Source: Lytechinus pictus
Taxonomy: Eukaryota
NCBI RefSeq assembly: GCF_037042905.1
Contig: NC_087245.1
Span: 42,224,001 to 42,288,000 of the forward strand
Direction: 5' to 3'
Length of the DNA stretch: 64,000 nucleotides
In this document: positions 1-15,090 of the stretch, in pieces
Layout of the letters: every line of letters begins with the position of its first letter
Position numbering within the stretch: the first letter of the stretch is position 1
Made by a program: the position numbers and the translations under genes
Notes under the pieces: model-generated
The model's input: the letters and a program-made list of their open reading frames with translations, nothing else
Told to the model about the DNA's origin: nothing
The model's database searches: none

Positions 1-233
1 TTGAACTCACTCTGCTGAGTTCAGTGGTACAGTCTAATATTAATTCTCAGGATTGAGACCTATGATAACACATTTAGAAATTGAAAGGAAACTTGAGGTA
101 ATGTACCAAAGAAAATAAGATTTCTCTGTCTTACTTAAGGTTAAGTATTGTTTAAGAAAGTTGTCTTACAAATCCTCATCCAGTTCACCGTTGATGATAT
201 TAAGAAAATGTCATATACCATAGTCGATACAAA

Positions 234-412
234 GGATGGTGTTTAATATAGCTGTTTGTACGTTACGAGCGACTGAACAAATGACTGGTGATCCTTTCTC
301 AGAAGCTAAATCAACACCGGTGAAAATTTGCATTCATTTACCACAAGAAAAGGATCACCAGTCGTTTGTAACGTCGCTTGTAACTTGCGGACAGCTTTAT
401 GAAACACCCACC
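234..412. mobile_element. Small Harbinger-like MITE (GG..GTTTCATAAA-type termini); related decayed copies near 8231-8361, 10803-10919, 14389-14532 and 50062-50222
   Basis: ~60-bp imperfect inverted arms including gactggtgatccttt / aaaggatcaccagtc. Confidence 0.75.
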
Positions 413-3400
413 AGGTGGAAGATGAAGCATTATGTTTGCAGACAAATATATCGTTATGGCTTTGACGTGGACATTTTAGATATGAAGGGATCCTGACAGG
501 GTAGTCTACTGTTACATGTTTATTATGATGCGAATTTGAAGAAAACAAAATGAGACTTGCTATATGAACATAAAAAATATTTTTATACAGTGTGTAGTTT
601 TGCCTAGTCACTTAAAATCTATAACAAAAAGTAACTAGCTCACAAAAATTTGTTGCCTTAGACTGTGTTTAGAAAGAGAAATAGAAATATATATATATAT
701 ACATAGATATATATACATATAAACATATATACAGATATGTAAATGGAAGAAAAAAATACTTTTGACCTACCGAAATAGCGGATTGGCCTAAGTAGGGTTG
801 GAAAACAGTATTGGGAACTTTATTAGATGTTGTTGTATGTGATCGGATGTCAAATTTATATGTCAGATGAAGCTATTTTTGCACAAATTAGAAGGCTTTA
901 TGGTGAAGAACTAGAGATTTGTAATAGGTGTACGGATATTACTGGTTTTTGTAGTCAGAGATGGTATGGTTCTGGTGCTTAGCCCCTTTCACTGGAGTTG
1001 ATAGAAAACCCCCAAATGTACATTTTTGCATTATCCGCAGATGTATCTCCAACACCAGGCCATGTGATATATTCTTGTGCATGCGTATTTGGCCAGTGCG
1101 GTCTGATCCGTAGCTTGGATTTTTCCTTTTTTTCTGGAGAATTTGAATGATTTATATATTCCTGGCTATCTTAGTATTGATATCAGACAGAATGCCACCA
1201 ATATTAAAGCAACAAGGGCATATTCATGGTACACACAAAAGATAGGGGCTAGGCACCACATCCTCTGTAAAGTATTGTCAGAATTAACACAATGTTTTGT
1301 GTTTATTTAGGGTGGATATATTGGTGATAATTTTTGCAAAAAAGCAGTCACTTACTAGATAAATTTGTGTAATGCAAGAGGCAGCCATCCTCACTAATGA
1401 TGGATTTTTTTGGGGCAGCTGTTATTGCTTTTTCTTGGTGTTTTTCAAAGGAAAATTTGGTAGAAATCATAAAAAATTACAGAAATTTAACATTTGATTT
1501 TACATGTAGGTATGCATGTACAGGTAAACCTTCCAACTCACACATATTTCTCTCTTTGTGTCTGTCTGTCTCTCTCCCTCTCTCTCTCCCTTTCCCTATC
1601 TCTTTGTATATTATCCAGCCCTGTTTCCCTTCCCCTTCTCTCACGTGAATGTCGTAGCTTGCGGTGATCATCTTCCTATACGAAACCTCTTGTTTGCCCT
1701 AATCTCACCTCAAATCTGTGAGACAGTGATGAAAATTAGTGATTGCGGGATGTCATTTTCAAGCTGTAGAGGCAAGGAATTCAAGCCGTGTTTTGGGGGG
1801 GGGGGAGTTTGATTGGGTTTCCTCCTGCCTCATTTTTGCTGAGAGTGGAAAAAATTATTGTTTAGTTAAATAAGGAACATGGCAGCATCATTAATTGGTG
1901 GGATATTTTCTGTTGAGAAATAGTTGAATGTGTGTGGCATTCTTTGTCCTTCACTGCAAGACCTGTTCCGAACGTGGATTCCTGTTCTCTCTTCATCTTA
2001 TTTTAAATTGATTTTTCATTCCCTGCTCTCTTGTAGTGCATTCAGTTTGGGAAGTGATATGGGGAAGCTAATTGAAATTTTGTTCTTATTTAGTTTGATA
2101 TCCTTTTTTTTTGTTTGACAATGATTTCCCACCTTGATCACAGTTCACATTTTCAGTTTATATCCCTTCTTGCTTTCCCTCTCTCAGGCCTTCCATTTTC
2201 ATCTTACATTTTTTGCCCTCTTGGGTCATTTGTCCTCCATTTTCAAAGGTTTCCCTTATCTTTCTTTGTAATATTCTTCAATCTATTTATATTTCCAACA
2301 TAGCATTTTAAGTGTATGCTTGATTTGTTTTCTCCTTTTCACTTCGTAATCCAATGCCCTTGTTTTCTTCTTAATTGGAATCATCCTGTTTACTCCCCAA
2401 GATTTACTCAACCACTCTCTAACACCAAATAAATCACAAAGTGATCGGGGAAATGATGTCTGTAAAAACAAAAACGAAAAATACCCAAAAAAATCTGACA
2501 TTCCTTTCTGCCAAGAAAAAAAAAACATCCAAACTATCATTTAATATTCCCTCTTGGATGAGAAAGATGCCAATTCGTTGTGAGCTCTTGAAATAGAATG
2601 ACAATTTTCCCTGCAAAGCAAATTTCTTTTTCTTCTACTTGGGGGAAACTGTAATTGCCTCATTCTCCAGAGGGGCGAAGAAAATTGGTCTGTAAGCGAA
2701 GGGAGGAAATAGCGTGGGCAGGCAAAGGAACTGTAACATCTATTTTGAGGCTGATAAAAAGGTAGATGTTGTTGGAGAATGTTGCTTCGGATATCCATCT
2801 TCATTTTTCATACCTTGCATAAATAATCTAAGATCATATACTTGTTACGTGGTTAACATGCAACATGGTTTCACAAAAAGTGTTGTGTGGTCATATTCTT
2901 TGATTTGGGCTTATTTCTGGCAATAAATGGGTAAATTTTTCAGAAATTTGACTTTAACCGTGATATGTTTATGTCATGAATCAGTATGTTGTCTGCTCCT
3001 AACAAGCAATCTGCTCTCTGAAGCAATGCACCAATTGCTTTTTTCTCCATCTTATTGGGCTTGAATTTAAATGAATAATCAGAATGAAAAAAAATCAAAA
3101 TGAAAATTTAATTAGGAAAATAGTAAAAACTGATCACTAATAATCACTCAAGTCTTGTAAATTTATATTCTCTTCTATCTCACATCTCTGTATCGTTATC
3201 CCTCTCTCTCTCTCTCTCTTTAGTAAAATGAAAGTTTCTCTTGCATTGATTCTACTCGAGCAGAAATCATGGATCCTTATCTACTCCTTCAATAGAGAAA
3301 CCTGCATGTTTGTGACTTGTCCATTTCTATATTTACATGAATAGTGTGTTATGCAGGATGTCTCGGGGGCTCCTATCTCAATTTCTTCTTCAATATTTCA

Positions 3401-6400
3401 TTTGCCAACTAGATCCAGGGTCATACGCTGCGTTATCAGTCTAGAATCTCTGGTGAAATCTCGAGGTCCAGGTTTAGTGCATAGGAGAGGTATCCCCAAA
3501 CCAGCTCGTTGGCAGTGATCAGTGCTTGATTCTGTTATTTCTAATCATTCAAAATTGTTTGATATTCAATAATAAAACAGGTCTTGAATTCCTGCCACTT
3601 CAGTCTATATTCTCCTTCAACAAATAGCGAAGATATTTTCTGATGTGCTGTTAATCCAATTTTTTATGATTCTTCCTGTTCTGTCCATCTTTCCTCTTTC
3701 CCTTTTCCTATTATGTGAGTTGGAAGAACTCTTTGCTTACTTGTGATTCAGTGTTGGTATTTAAATCATTAACTCTTTATATGGAGACGATTGTTTGAAT
3801 CTATGAAAGTGATATGGATCCTTATCAAGTGATCGGCTGAAATATATAACATGACCAGTCATTTATTTTTGTCTAACATGCAAAGGGGGTTATAACTGGT
3901 ACTAATGACTGCATGCAGTTCTATTGACTTGCCATGGTTTTTAGGTGAGGATGGTTAATCAAATTATGTGGATCCACATCACTATAACATATATAATACT
4001 TATCATTTTTCTTGGGATTCAGAATGATCAATAAATCATGATCAATAAATCAGAATTATTAAATAATTACCCACACATGTAAATTTTCAAACAGTTCGAA
4101 TCATGCCTCAGATATGCTATAACTATTCCTAAGATAACTGGTGCGTATAATTTGTACTTATGCCCCGAATGATGCGTGGTATTTGTATACTATCGCCTTT
4201 TCTAAGGTTGACAAAACAATCTGACAATGCTTCATATGTTATGCTTATATTCACATCTGCCTTAATCAAAACAACAAAACATCTGGAGTGCACAAAAAGA
4301 GGAAAATATATATATGGAGAAAAAAAAAGATTATATTGCAAAAATGTATTTAAAATACATGTTTGCATGTATATGAGCATACCAACTAAAGGTTTGATAT
4401 TGCAAATGGATCCCATCAAATTTTATTGTCATTTTTAGATATGAAAATATTGATTTATAATGATATAGAATTGTTTCAGAAATATTTTGGTAACCTATCA
4501 ATTTGTAGAAAAGTAAATCTGCTTTAACAATGGTATTAGTGAGAGTGAATGGTTGGATTAATTTGTTGAAAATATGTTTTAATGCTAGCAAAGAATTGGG
4601 TGACAAAATCAATTATTTGTCGTAATCAACAATGTTTTTTAAAGGGATTTTTTTCTTTAAAAATATGTATTGTTAATGGAAAGTTCTAGGTATGTTTTTG
4701 TTGATATTTGTTATACTGAAGACAAATACTTCTATTTAAGGACACGTGCACTTGGATTTTAACAGTTCATACAGCTTATGATATCACCTATTGTGAATCA
4801 CAAGGTTATGTAATATATAATTGAAATTAGTCGCTTTCGTAAGATATTTGATATTTTTAGGCTCTCAAATTTGAATATCCGTTTTCTTAAATATTCATAA
4901 ATATATTGAATTTTTATTTCTAACATTTAGAAAAATCATTTGTGAGATAATTTATATTTCTTGCTGCTGTATACATAGTTGTTTTGCAAATTGTTTTGAT
5001 AACTAGGAGGCAAACATGGTTTTGAAATGGATGTAAAAATCTATATTGTGTTTAAAAGTGTACAGTTGTATACCATAGAAATGACATTGAGCCTGTGTTG
5101 TTGAAAGCAACTCAACTTACTCTTGAAAATGTACTATGAATGTGATTGATTTAATATGTGAATGATATTTGAAATGATTTCCTTTTATTACAGGAATGAT
5201 AATGAAAATACATATGCGTGAAAGTATGACAAAGAAATAGGCAGGTATTTGATATTTTTCATATTATTCTAAGAAGGAGTTCTGTGCTATTTTTACATGG
5301 CATTATGCGCACAAGGTAAATAGGTAGAGTTACAAATATACAGGTTATGAAAGTTTTTTTTTTTTTTAATGAAGGAAACATTTCAGTTCCTGATCCATCA
5401 AATTTTGACCCGTTTCTTATTCTTGGTTTTTTATATTCCATCATGGAAGTTAACGATATTTAATGCTTTTACCCCTTGGAGATTGACATCTTTTGTATAA
5501 AAATTGCTTGCAGGAAATATTTTTCACTCATGAAATGGGTATTTTCAAGTTGAAGTGATCATTCATTATTTTAGTTTGTTGTTTTATAAACTTTGTCAGT
5601 TTCAACACTAAGATGTCATGAAGGACTGTCCAAAATGAAACCTTTCTATGACCCCTTTTTCAGTCCTATTTGGAACAAAGGATATTTGACAAGTTGTTTT
5701 TTCTTTTCACTCAATTTGGCTTTAACTCATATCTTAATTTAAAATAAGATTTGAAAATGAATCATCAAGTTTGACGATACTTTTACTCCCAACTTTTTTG
5801 TTTTTTGGTTCATCTTTCATATGCTTTTTATTTGTGTATTTGCTCCATATTTCCTCGGTTTTAATTGTCTGAGGAAATTCAAGATTTATTTTCACAAAGA
5901 TACAAATTCTGATATTTTTAACAAATTTGGTTTTATTTATTTTGAACCAAAACAAAAAGTCAAAATTAAAACTATAATACTTATTAGATATCCTTTGGAC
6001 TTGGTTGATTTCCTCCAAAATATTGGATTTAATTTCCACCTTACTTGTGAAAATTTATTGGATATTTTGGGACAAAAGTTTACATTTATTTAAGCATTTT
6101 CTTGTTCATGTATTTGTCAAAAATTATGTTGAAGATTCATTCTACTAGTCTAATTTTGAGCAGCAAAAAGTAGAATTTAAATCAATTTAATGTTGATTTC
6201 AATAATCATTCATTACTGGACCTGAATTAATTATTATTCCAAGAAAAAAAATCAAAATCATCAGCCAAGGAATTTTATTATTGACATTAGTAAAATATTT
6301 GAAAAATGCATTGAAAAAAAAGGATATTGTGAATTGAATGCTAGATATGTCAGTTTTATATCACATTAAAACTAAATATTTCTGGCATATCTTTATAAAC

Positions 6401-8413
6401 ATTTTTTTTTTCAAAATCATTCCATTATATATTAGAAAGTAAATTTGTGTTTCATTTTGTTAGCCAGAATGTGTTCTTTCTATTTAACGTATTGGCCATG
6501 TACTATATATCATTATATTTGTAAGACTATTAAGCATTTTTTACATTGCCAATGAGCTCATTTTATGGTAGGCTTCATTCCAGTCTGAAATATTTATTTC
6601 TTTGTGTCACTTTTTCAAAATGTAAATGTGCATATGACTATTCAATAAGTGCATGGGAGTGGTTGTTTGACTTTGGATAAATGTAATGTTGTGTCAGATT
6701 TGTTTTTATTAACTGATTTAACTCATTTTGTCATTAATATCATTTCATATTTTACCGTTTCTTTTCTCAAATTTGGGTTTCCAGTACTTTCTAAAAGTGT
6801 TTTTGATCATTGATGTTTTGTAGGTAATAGAAACTATGCCAATATAAGATGCGCAAGGTAAATTAGAAATTGTGCTTTGAAAATGCTGAACCAAAGACTA
6901 TAGCATTATGGCCGCTTTGGTAACGCTAAAGTACAATTTCATAATCAAACAATAAAAGATGAATGTATACTCCAATGTATAATTGTTTTAGATATGTTTG
7001 TATGTAGATCTTTTAAAATTACATTATGTTATTGTAAATGTACATATTCTATATGCCCAGACTATTGACTTTCATTACATTAAATACTTTTTGTGTATAA
7101 GTCTATCAGAAATCTATATTTAATCTCTCGCATTTGTTTATTCTATTTTTGTCCACATCTAGTCCATTTTAAATTCCTATTAGCCAATCTTCATTCTGTT
7201 GACACTTTATTATTGAGCACTCAGCAAAAAAAAGACCAATGTTTGGAGAGTAACTAAGTTGTTTGAAATTGAAAGTTACGCACATTTACTCACTACTGAT
7301 AACATGTTCTACCAAATTTTGTTTCATGAAAGTTGGACTGAATATCTATTATCTTGTAAATATGATAATTGAATATATATGAATATTAAATTTGCTTTTA
7401 GATGCTTGTAAATCAGAGTTGTTTTTATCTGAAAAGATCAGATTTCAACTCAAGCACATGGGAATAATCAACAGTTTTTTTAAATATTTCATGAAGTTGT
7501 GTGAAAAGTTGTGCATAACTTTATGAAACAAAACCCGGGAACAAGTTAAATGACATTGCCAAAGATCAATACACTTAAATGGCATCAACAATTGTATTTA
7601 GAATCACAATTATGTTTAGGGAGATGCTATCTAGTTACATTTTGTGTAAATCATAAATAGTTCCAAGTCAAATCAATATTCACATTGGATATCTACGTAA
7701 ATGCTTTGTATTCTGATAAACTGTTTTCCTTTTAATCTGAAACTTTAAAGAATGTTTTTTGTAGTTCCCATGACAATTTATCAACAAACCCTCATCTATT
7801 GCACCATAGCTGAACTTGTCTGTTTCAAGCATACTCTTCAATTAAAAAACAAGCTACTTTCAGGATGACGAGTCCACTGGGTACAATGTCGAGTCATATG
7901 CCAGTCAAATGTGACTAGAAAATAATCAAATATGACTTTTAAAAAAAGGCAATTAACTTATCCTTTCTTCCAGCCATTTACTATGTGCTCATCAGAAACG
8001 ACAGTGTTTCACTGTAATATAACTAGAAACTGTCAAATATGACTAAAATGGTATTTACACCCATCTTACTCCCTTATACGTAGTAATTTTCAACTACTTT
8101 GGGGCCAGCAAAATAAATGCAATTTTTTTGTATCAAGTTTGAAAAGTGATGCGATTACCTTGGATAAGGAATTGGGGTAAAGAGAATGCTAGTGCTCTGA
8201 TAAAAAAGGAAACAAAAAAAATCTTTGCTCAGGGGCCTGTTTCATAAAGTGGTACAGTTATGGTAACTACCATGGTAACATGGCCCAGCATCAGCCAACC
8301 AATGTCACTGTTTATTAAAGATTTATCATAAAAATTGGAAATATTTTTGAAACAACGCCCCGTGATGAATATATTTGGACAATTACAATCGATTTTTTAC
8401 TTGAGCTGTGGAG

Positions 8414-9183
8414 ATGATGATGATGGTGATGGAATGATTGCGATGTTGATCATAATATCAACGATATGACAATGGTGGTAGTGATTATGATGAGGAGGAT
8501 GAGGATAATGATGAGGATGATGATGGCAGTGATTATGACGAGGGTGATGATGTTGGTGGTCATGGTGAATGATTATAATGACAGAGCTGCCAAGTAGTAC
8601 GATTTTTTTTTTTTTTTTTTACAAAATCGAAATTTATTGAGAAAAATCATCTCTATATGTCTCTATTTCATAAAACGTACACAAATATGGTTATTAGATC
8701 AATGTAATTTCAGGAAACTGTTTTTTTTTCAATCATTTTGTAAAAACCAGGATGAGATATACACAAGTTTCAATGTTTTTTTTTTCATCTGCAAGAGCAG
8801 TGCACATTTTAGCTTGCATGCAGCTTGAGCGCCGTGATGGGCGAGTGCGCCAAGCATTTTATTATGAAATACACTTTTTGGGGGAAAAATACAAAATATT
8901 TATCTCACACGGTAAAAATACTGATTTTTTTGTCAAAATACTGATTTTGGGGGATAAGAATACTAAAAATGCAAAATACAACTTGGCAGCTCTGTAATGA
9001 TGGCTACAATGATTGCGATGTTGATCACAATACTAACGATATGACAATAATGGTGATGATAATGGTGAGGATGATTATAATGATGGTGATGATAAAGATG
9101 GTGATTATGATGATGGTAGTTATGATTATGATGATAATGGTGATAATGATTATGATGATCATAGTGATTATTATTATGATGAT
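8414..9183. repeat. (GAT/AAT/GGT)n low-complexity tract split by the 8582-8994 MITE
   Basis: Direct reading. Confidence 0.9.
8582..8994. mobile_element. 413-bp MITE inside a (GAT)n tract
   Basis: Perfect 14-bp TIR CAGAGCTGCCAAGT and a flanking direct repeat TAATGA (in low-complexity context). Confidence 0.88.
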
Positions 9184-9960
9184 CAAAAAATTATTCCATG
9201 TCTTTTGGATGTTTTCTGATATACGAATCTGAATGGAAATAATTTTGTCAAAAGTCCATTAATAGTTTCGATCGAAATTGTTAATTTCCCATCCTGATGA
9301 AATATCAAAACCGGAACCTTTGATTTTCGTACAAATGAATTGTATGAAAGGTTAGCATTTCAAATACTCTTATGAGGGTCATATGATCTTTCAGGGGGAA
9401 AGATGCATTTGGGATTTAAAAAGGAAAAAAAAAGCGATCGAAACTTTTCTTCCATCGCATCTCACGACGTGTGTGAAAGTGAAACTTCCCAAGTTTGATG
9501 CTATCATAATGAGTAACAAAAAGCCCATTTATCAAATCTGGTTTAATTTTCCGAACGACAATCTCGTGTCAATTTTTCCCCCATTTCTGTATTGTTTGCG
9601 ACTTCTGACTTGGCTTCATTTGATAACGGTGGAAATAAATGGTGAATTTCTCGTTTTCTTATTGTTGCGGCTGGTTTCGGAGGGACCTGGATATGGATGA
9701 TGCGATAACGCAAAACACGTCATGATGAAAGAAAGTTTTCAGTAAATTCAAGAAACTCAGTGTTGTGCTTTCTCCCACTGGCGTACAGATGGGGGGGGGG
9801 GGGGGGTGGCTTAATGTCCATGGAGCCTTCGAAGTTTTCACGACCAAGGAAAAAGAAAAGAGACAGGAAAGTTGAGGGGCGAAACATTATAATATTTTCT
9901 AAATATTACCAGTCAGTCGAATTGATCTATCACAAAATTAGAGTTTTATATCAAAAAGGT

Positions 9961-10468
9961 TAAAAAAAGAGTTACGATTGATCCAATCAATCGTAACTCT
10001 ATGGAAATCCATCAGTGTCAATTTTTTTTTCCCGGGACATTTGCACAATCTCCTTCAAAGAGAATCACACTGAATCTTTAAAAGAATGAGAAGTGAATGA
10101 ATATACATCATATCTGGAACAAATTTGCATTTTAGATGTTGACGTTGCTGGCAGTCCATAGTTGTGATTGATCGGATCAATCGCATCAGCTCTTTGTAAG
10201 ATGGGGCCATGGGCGGAAATCCCAGGGGGACGTGTCCCACCTACCCAAAATAGTAGGGGGACACAATATCAAATGTCCCCCTACTATTTTAGGCCTTTTA
10301 TGATGGAAAGAAATACCAAATTCAAAATCGAAATAAAACACATAATTAAGTCGAAATGTTCTGACATTTGGGGTGATAACCATATCAACTTTTTTTGCAT
10401 GTCAAATTTTCCAGCCCTAGCTGGTCCCCCTACCTTTGGGGAGAGATTTCCGCCCTTGGATGGGGCCC
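9961..10468. mobile_element. Harbinger-like MITE (left end missing), same family as 39441-39720
   Basis: Shares gattgatcc...tatggaaatccatcagtgtca...gatcggatcaatcg...tctttgtaaga with the 39441 copy. Confidence 0.75.
10208..10458. mobile_element. Family A element (251 bp) inserted in the right TIR of a Harbinger-like MITE
   Basis: Same termini as 31381/36222, with an 8-bp TSD GATGGGGC. Confidence 0.9.
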
Positions 10469-12634
10469 AGAATTGACAAGCCCCACCCAGCTTTTTACTT
10501 CAAGACACGGTCCTATTTTTATCATCCTCACTTCTATAATTTTACCAATGGGGCACAAACCACTGGATAATTTTTACACCGTAAAGACGCTGTTTAAAGT
10601 TTTAAGCACGTTGTTTAAGCCCGTCACTCTAACAACTATTGTGTAAACTTTTTAAACAACTGTTTGAAATTTTTAAACAAATCGTTTTAAAAGTTGTTAA
10701 AAAAAGGACATCGAATAATATATGGCTGCACCCATTATGTATTTAATTTATTTTTCCTCTTTCCGACTTCATGCATTGCAATGTAAAGTACATAATTTTT
10801 CCAGGGTTCCATCTTATAAAGAATTGTAAAAAAAAGGATTTCTTTAGCAGTATATCAGCCAATCAAATCGAATGATTTCAGTATGGTTTTATTATAACAA
10901 GTTTTATGAAATTAGCCCCATGCAGGTTCGGAATTTCAACCCCCCCCCCCCCCCCCCCCCCCCTTGGCGAAAATTTGGGCCGGGCAAATGTTCCCAGTGA
11001 GAAATGATATTTATTCAGGGGGAGGGGCTTGTCAATATTTTAAAATACAGCCCCTTGGTATATTCCGGGTCATCCCCTACCTTTATCCATTAAAACTTTT
11101 TTTTAATTGTTTTTGCGTTTTTTTAATGTATTGAATATACCTCAATGTTGCCTCCTGCTCACGTTGAGCATGATGAAGCCCGGGTGATGAAGCGATCAAT
11201 ATCGCAAACGCTTGATTATTACACTGCCGCCCTCTTTCGGTGGGTACAGCGCATTTGAATGGTTTTTCTCCACATTCATGACATTGCATGCATTAGTAAG
11301 TTCATGGGGAATAGAAGAATGATATAAAGGCATTCCAAGCATCTAATATACACATTGTTAAATGGTCATAATTTCACTTTCTGTATTATTTCGGGATTTT
11401 TTTAAATAATCTCTTGATTTTGTTCATTTAGATGGACATTCTATGATTTTTTTTCTGCTACCTATGATTCATACTTGGGATTCATTGATTATCAAGGTTT
11501 GTATTTCTTATCTAAACAGCTGTGATGGGTAGAAATCAGTCTCAATTCAAGATTGGACTCATTCAAAATAGGCCTCATATCTCTTTTCGCTCGAGGAAGC
11601 GGTTGATATTGATCTAAAAATAGAACTGATTTAAATCTTTGCTCTTTTTTAATAACTTGAAATCAATCCCAATTCAAGATTGATCTCAAAAGACTCAAAA
11701 TAGTTTTTTTTTTTTAAATAAATCTCAGTGCATCATGATCGTGCCATCAGGTGCTAAATGAGGATGGGAGTAATTAGAGCGTGATATTAATATAATTATG
11801 AAATAACTCAAACTTGAGATGACACACTGAGTTTTATAAAAAATAAAAAAAAACAATATTCATTCAAAGAGGCAGTCTGTTTGATCAGCATACAAAATTC
11901 CTTGCTTATCAGATACCAATCCCATTAGGAAATTAATTTGAAATAAAAGTTTCATTCATTACTGTTTATTTGTTTCGATATTGTAAACTCAAAACTGAAC
12001 TAATTTTCATTCCACAGGTCGGCATATTCTCAAAAGCATATTATTTCAACCCTAACTTAAAGACTAGGGCTGCTTTACAGGGGGGGGGGGGGCAAGGCGC
12101 GACCATTCGAAATTAAAAATTGGGGAGAAGAAAACTTGGAAGAAAGGAGAATAAGCAATTGTAATGCGAAGTCAGGAATATTATTAATCTGGCATGTCTG
12201 GGATACGATACTAGTATCGAGACCTATATCAAGTCGTGAAATGGGTCCAAGTGATGTCTTACTCGCCATGCTTGCCCCAATTTGAAGTACATTGACGATG
12301 CCTGACGATGGTACGCTGTAAAGGAGACGGGCTTGAGCGACATCAATATTCTGTTATAGACTGCCCTCGATGCTCAAGCGGCTCCAGTCATCAAACTGCA
12401 AATTTCCTTCCAAGGGATGTGGATTTATACGTAGGGCAGGCATCGAGGTTGCTCTTGGAAAGAAAATAAAGAGAAAAGGAATGGTGACATGATTGAAGAG
12501 ACCTAAAAACACGATGTAGCTAAACATAATGTTCATGATTTTGAAGCGGTGTAATTGCTGTCTGGGCATTAAAGTGGATTCTCCACACTTTCCTAATCAT
12601 GCTAATGTTGCAATGATAGGACAACAACCTGGAT

Positions 12635-13005
12635 TCATTACCATCATTATTAAAATTATCTTCATTACCATTCTTACCATTCTTGTTATCGTTATTCTCA
12701 TTTTTCTATATACTTTTTCTCATTACTGTTGTTTTTAGTGTTAGTATCATCATCAATTTCACTTAGGACATCATTATGCAACTGTCGTTATATCATTTCA
12801 GTAATAATTATGATTATGATTACTTTTATTACTATTACTATCATCATCATCATTTTTATTATCAATACTGTTATTATTATCATTATCATTATTATTATCA
12901 TCATTATTATCATTATTATTATTATTATCATTATCATTATTATTATTTGGATCATTATTATTAATATCAATACTGTTATTATTATTTTCATCATCAACAT
13001 CATCA
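12635..13005. repeat. (ATT/ATC)n low-complexity tract
   Basis: Direct reading. Confidence 0.9.
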
Positions 13006-13157
13006 CAGGGGCCACGGAACGGTTTTGAAAGAAGGAGGGGGGGGGGGGCTGACCATTAAAAAAACCACAAGTCATTTTTACTTTTTTTTGTACACGATTT
13101 TGGAAAAAAGCGGGGAGGGAGTTGAACCCCACCCAGCCCCCCTTTCCGCGGCCACTG
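13006..13157. mobile_element. 150-bp MITE, sister of 49572-49721
   Basis: Termini CAGGGGCCACGGAA / TTCCGCGGCCACTG with flanks CATCA / CATTA. Confidence 0.8.
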
Positions 13158-13303
13158 CATTATCATCATCATTACCATTATTGATGAAAGTTAGAATGTT
13201 GGCCTGGCTTAACAGCAATTTATAAAGTTACAAATGCACACTTTAGATACCTTTTAATTTGGAGTAACGATTGATTGTAAATATTTCTTCAAGCGGTGCT
13301 AGG

Positions 13304-14386
13304 CAGTCAGTCCGCAAGCCCCTGTGTTAATGAGCAAATGAGCAAGATTTATCCAAGTCCTCTCGTGGCTGAATTCATGTCCCTGCAAAATCTCGTGAAT
13401 TGTGAGACTTTCTTTCTCAAAGAATTTAACCACTTTCTCCTTGAGTAATATTGATTATTTTTGTACCATGGGCAAGAGTAAATGTTACCTTTTTATATTG
13501 GTTATTTCTTTTGAATGAAATATTTTGATAAATAAGTGAATTTTTTACCTGAAAAGATGCATCAAACAGAATTTTCTTCCTCTGTTTTCACTTGCAAATT
13601 GTGCAACCTTTTGTGTTTTAGGCACCAACATTATTTATATCATCAGAAAGCTCAAACTCTATACTTTCTTACAATGTCACTCTTGATATGTGGCATCTTT
13701 TAGATGGGTCAGCAGCCAGTTATTTCCATCAAGATGCAAGACGAGATTTCTGAAATTTCTGAGTAACATAAATTCCAGAGTTCTGATTGGCTGAATACTG
13801 TTTTCAAAACAAACAGGCGCGGGTAATTTGAAGAGATTACCACATGGTGAGTGTGACCTTGCAGAGGCCCAGTGTGGGGAACATTGAAATTTGCATGGGT
13901 GTGTGGTCTGTATGACCAATCAGAGCGCAGTATTCTTGTTTTTGAGCTGCAAAATGTACTTTGCCTATGAAAAGCTGGCTGCTGACCCATCTAAAATACA
14001 TCTTCTTATAAAAATTATATCATATTAAAGCTTAGATCTTCAGCTTTATCATGATTTAAAAATCATTTGTGCCCAAACAGAAATTAAATGTAAAAACAAC
14101 AACTTTTGTTGCATGAAAAAAATATTTTGTTTCATGTTTTAGATCAAAAGTTTTTCCTATATTACAACATTCTTTTAAAAATCCAAACACATGACCTAAA
14201 AGAATGATTCTTTTTCTTTACAAAGATACCAAAAACATGAAATTTGGTCAATATTTAGAGCAGCAATGGCCGAATAAAAAGAGGTGTTTTGGTTCGCACC
14301 AAGCTCATTAACTATGCAAAAACCCTCTTGTCATGAATATCACTTGGATAAAAGAAGCTACTTTTTCAGGGCTTGCGGACTGACTG
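13304..14386. mobile_element. 1083-bp non-autonomous TIR element with 4-bp TSD
   Basis: Perfect 18-bp TIR CAGTCAGTCCGCAAGCCC, TSD TAGG, and an internal inverted repeat ttttagatgggtcagcagccag (~13698 / ~13975-13996). Confidence 0.9.
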
Positions 14387-14591
14387 TAGGGTCTCGTTTC
14401 ATAACGACTTGTTATAATAACAATGACATTATCTAAAACCGGTTTTCTATCAGCCAATGAGATTGAAGGATTTCAGTAGCTTTTAACTGCTATTAAGTTT
14501 GTTATTATAAGAAGTTTTATGCAACGGGGCCCAATCAGGCTCTTAGGGGTAAATAGGAGCAGGGGCGAAGAGGGAAAGCCTGTTACAAGTG

Positions 14592-14824
<233 letters not shown>

Positions 14825-15059
14825 CGTTTCTGATGTGGAGTTATATCGGCGTCTTTGATCAAGACTGGGCTGGCGGATGGGGAGGATGACGAAGGACGGG
14901 ACGGGGGGGGGGTGTACAATAGTTTGATGAGGTATACTGCATTTGTTATTTAACTTATATCATCCAACGCCAAGTTGGGACAAACGTCATAATCGTTGGA
15001 GGGAAAAGAGCAATAATGCGGGATGGTAAATGGAAATAGAGTGGGAAATAGAGCAAGAT

Positions 15060-15090
<31 letters not shown>

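Noticed and set aside
51..97. Possible 47-nt micro-exon (ctcag|...gag|gtaat)
   Set aside because: Splice-like ends and one open frame are expected by chance at this size, and there is no supporting partner exon.
236..496. 86-aa ORF as a terminal exon
   Set aside because: Most of it lies in the MITE at 234-412, and it has no recognisable domain.
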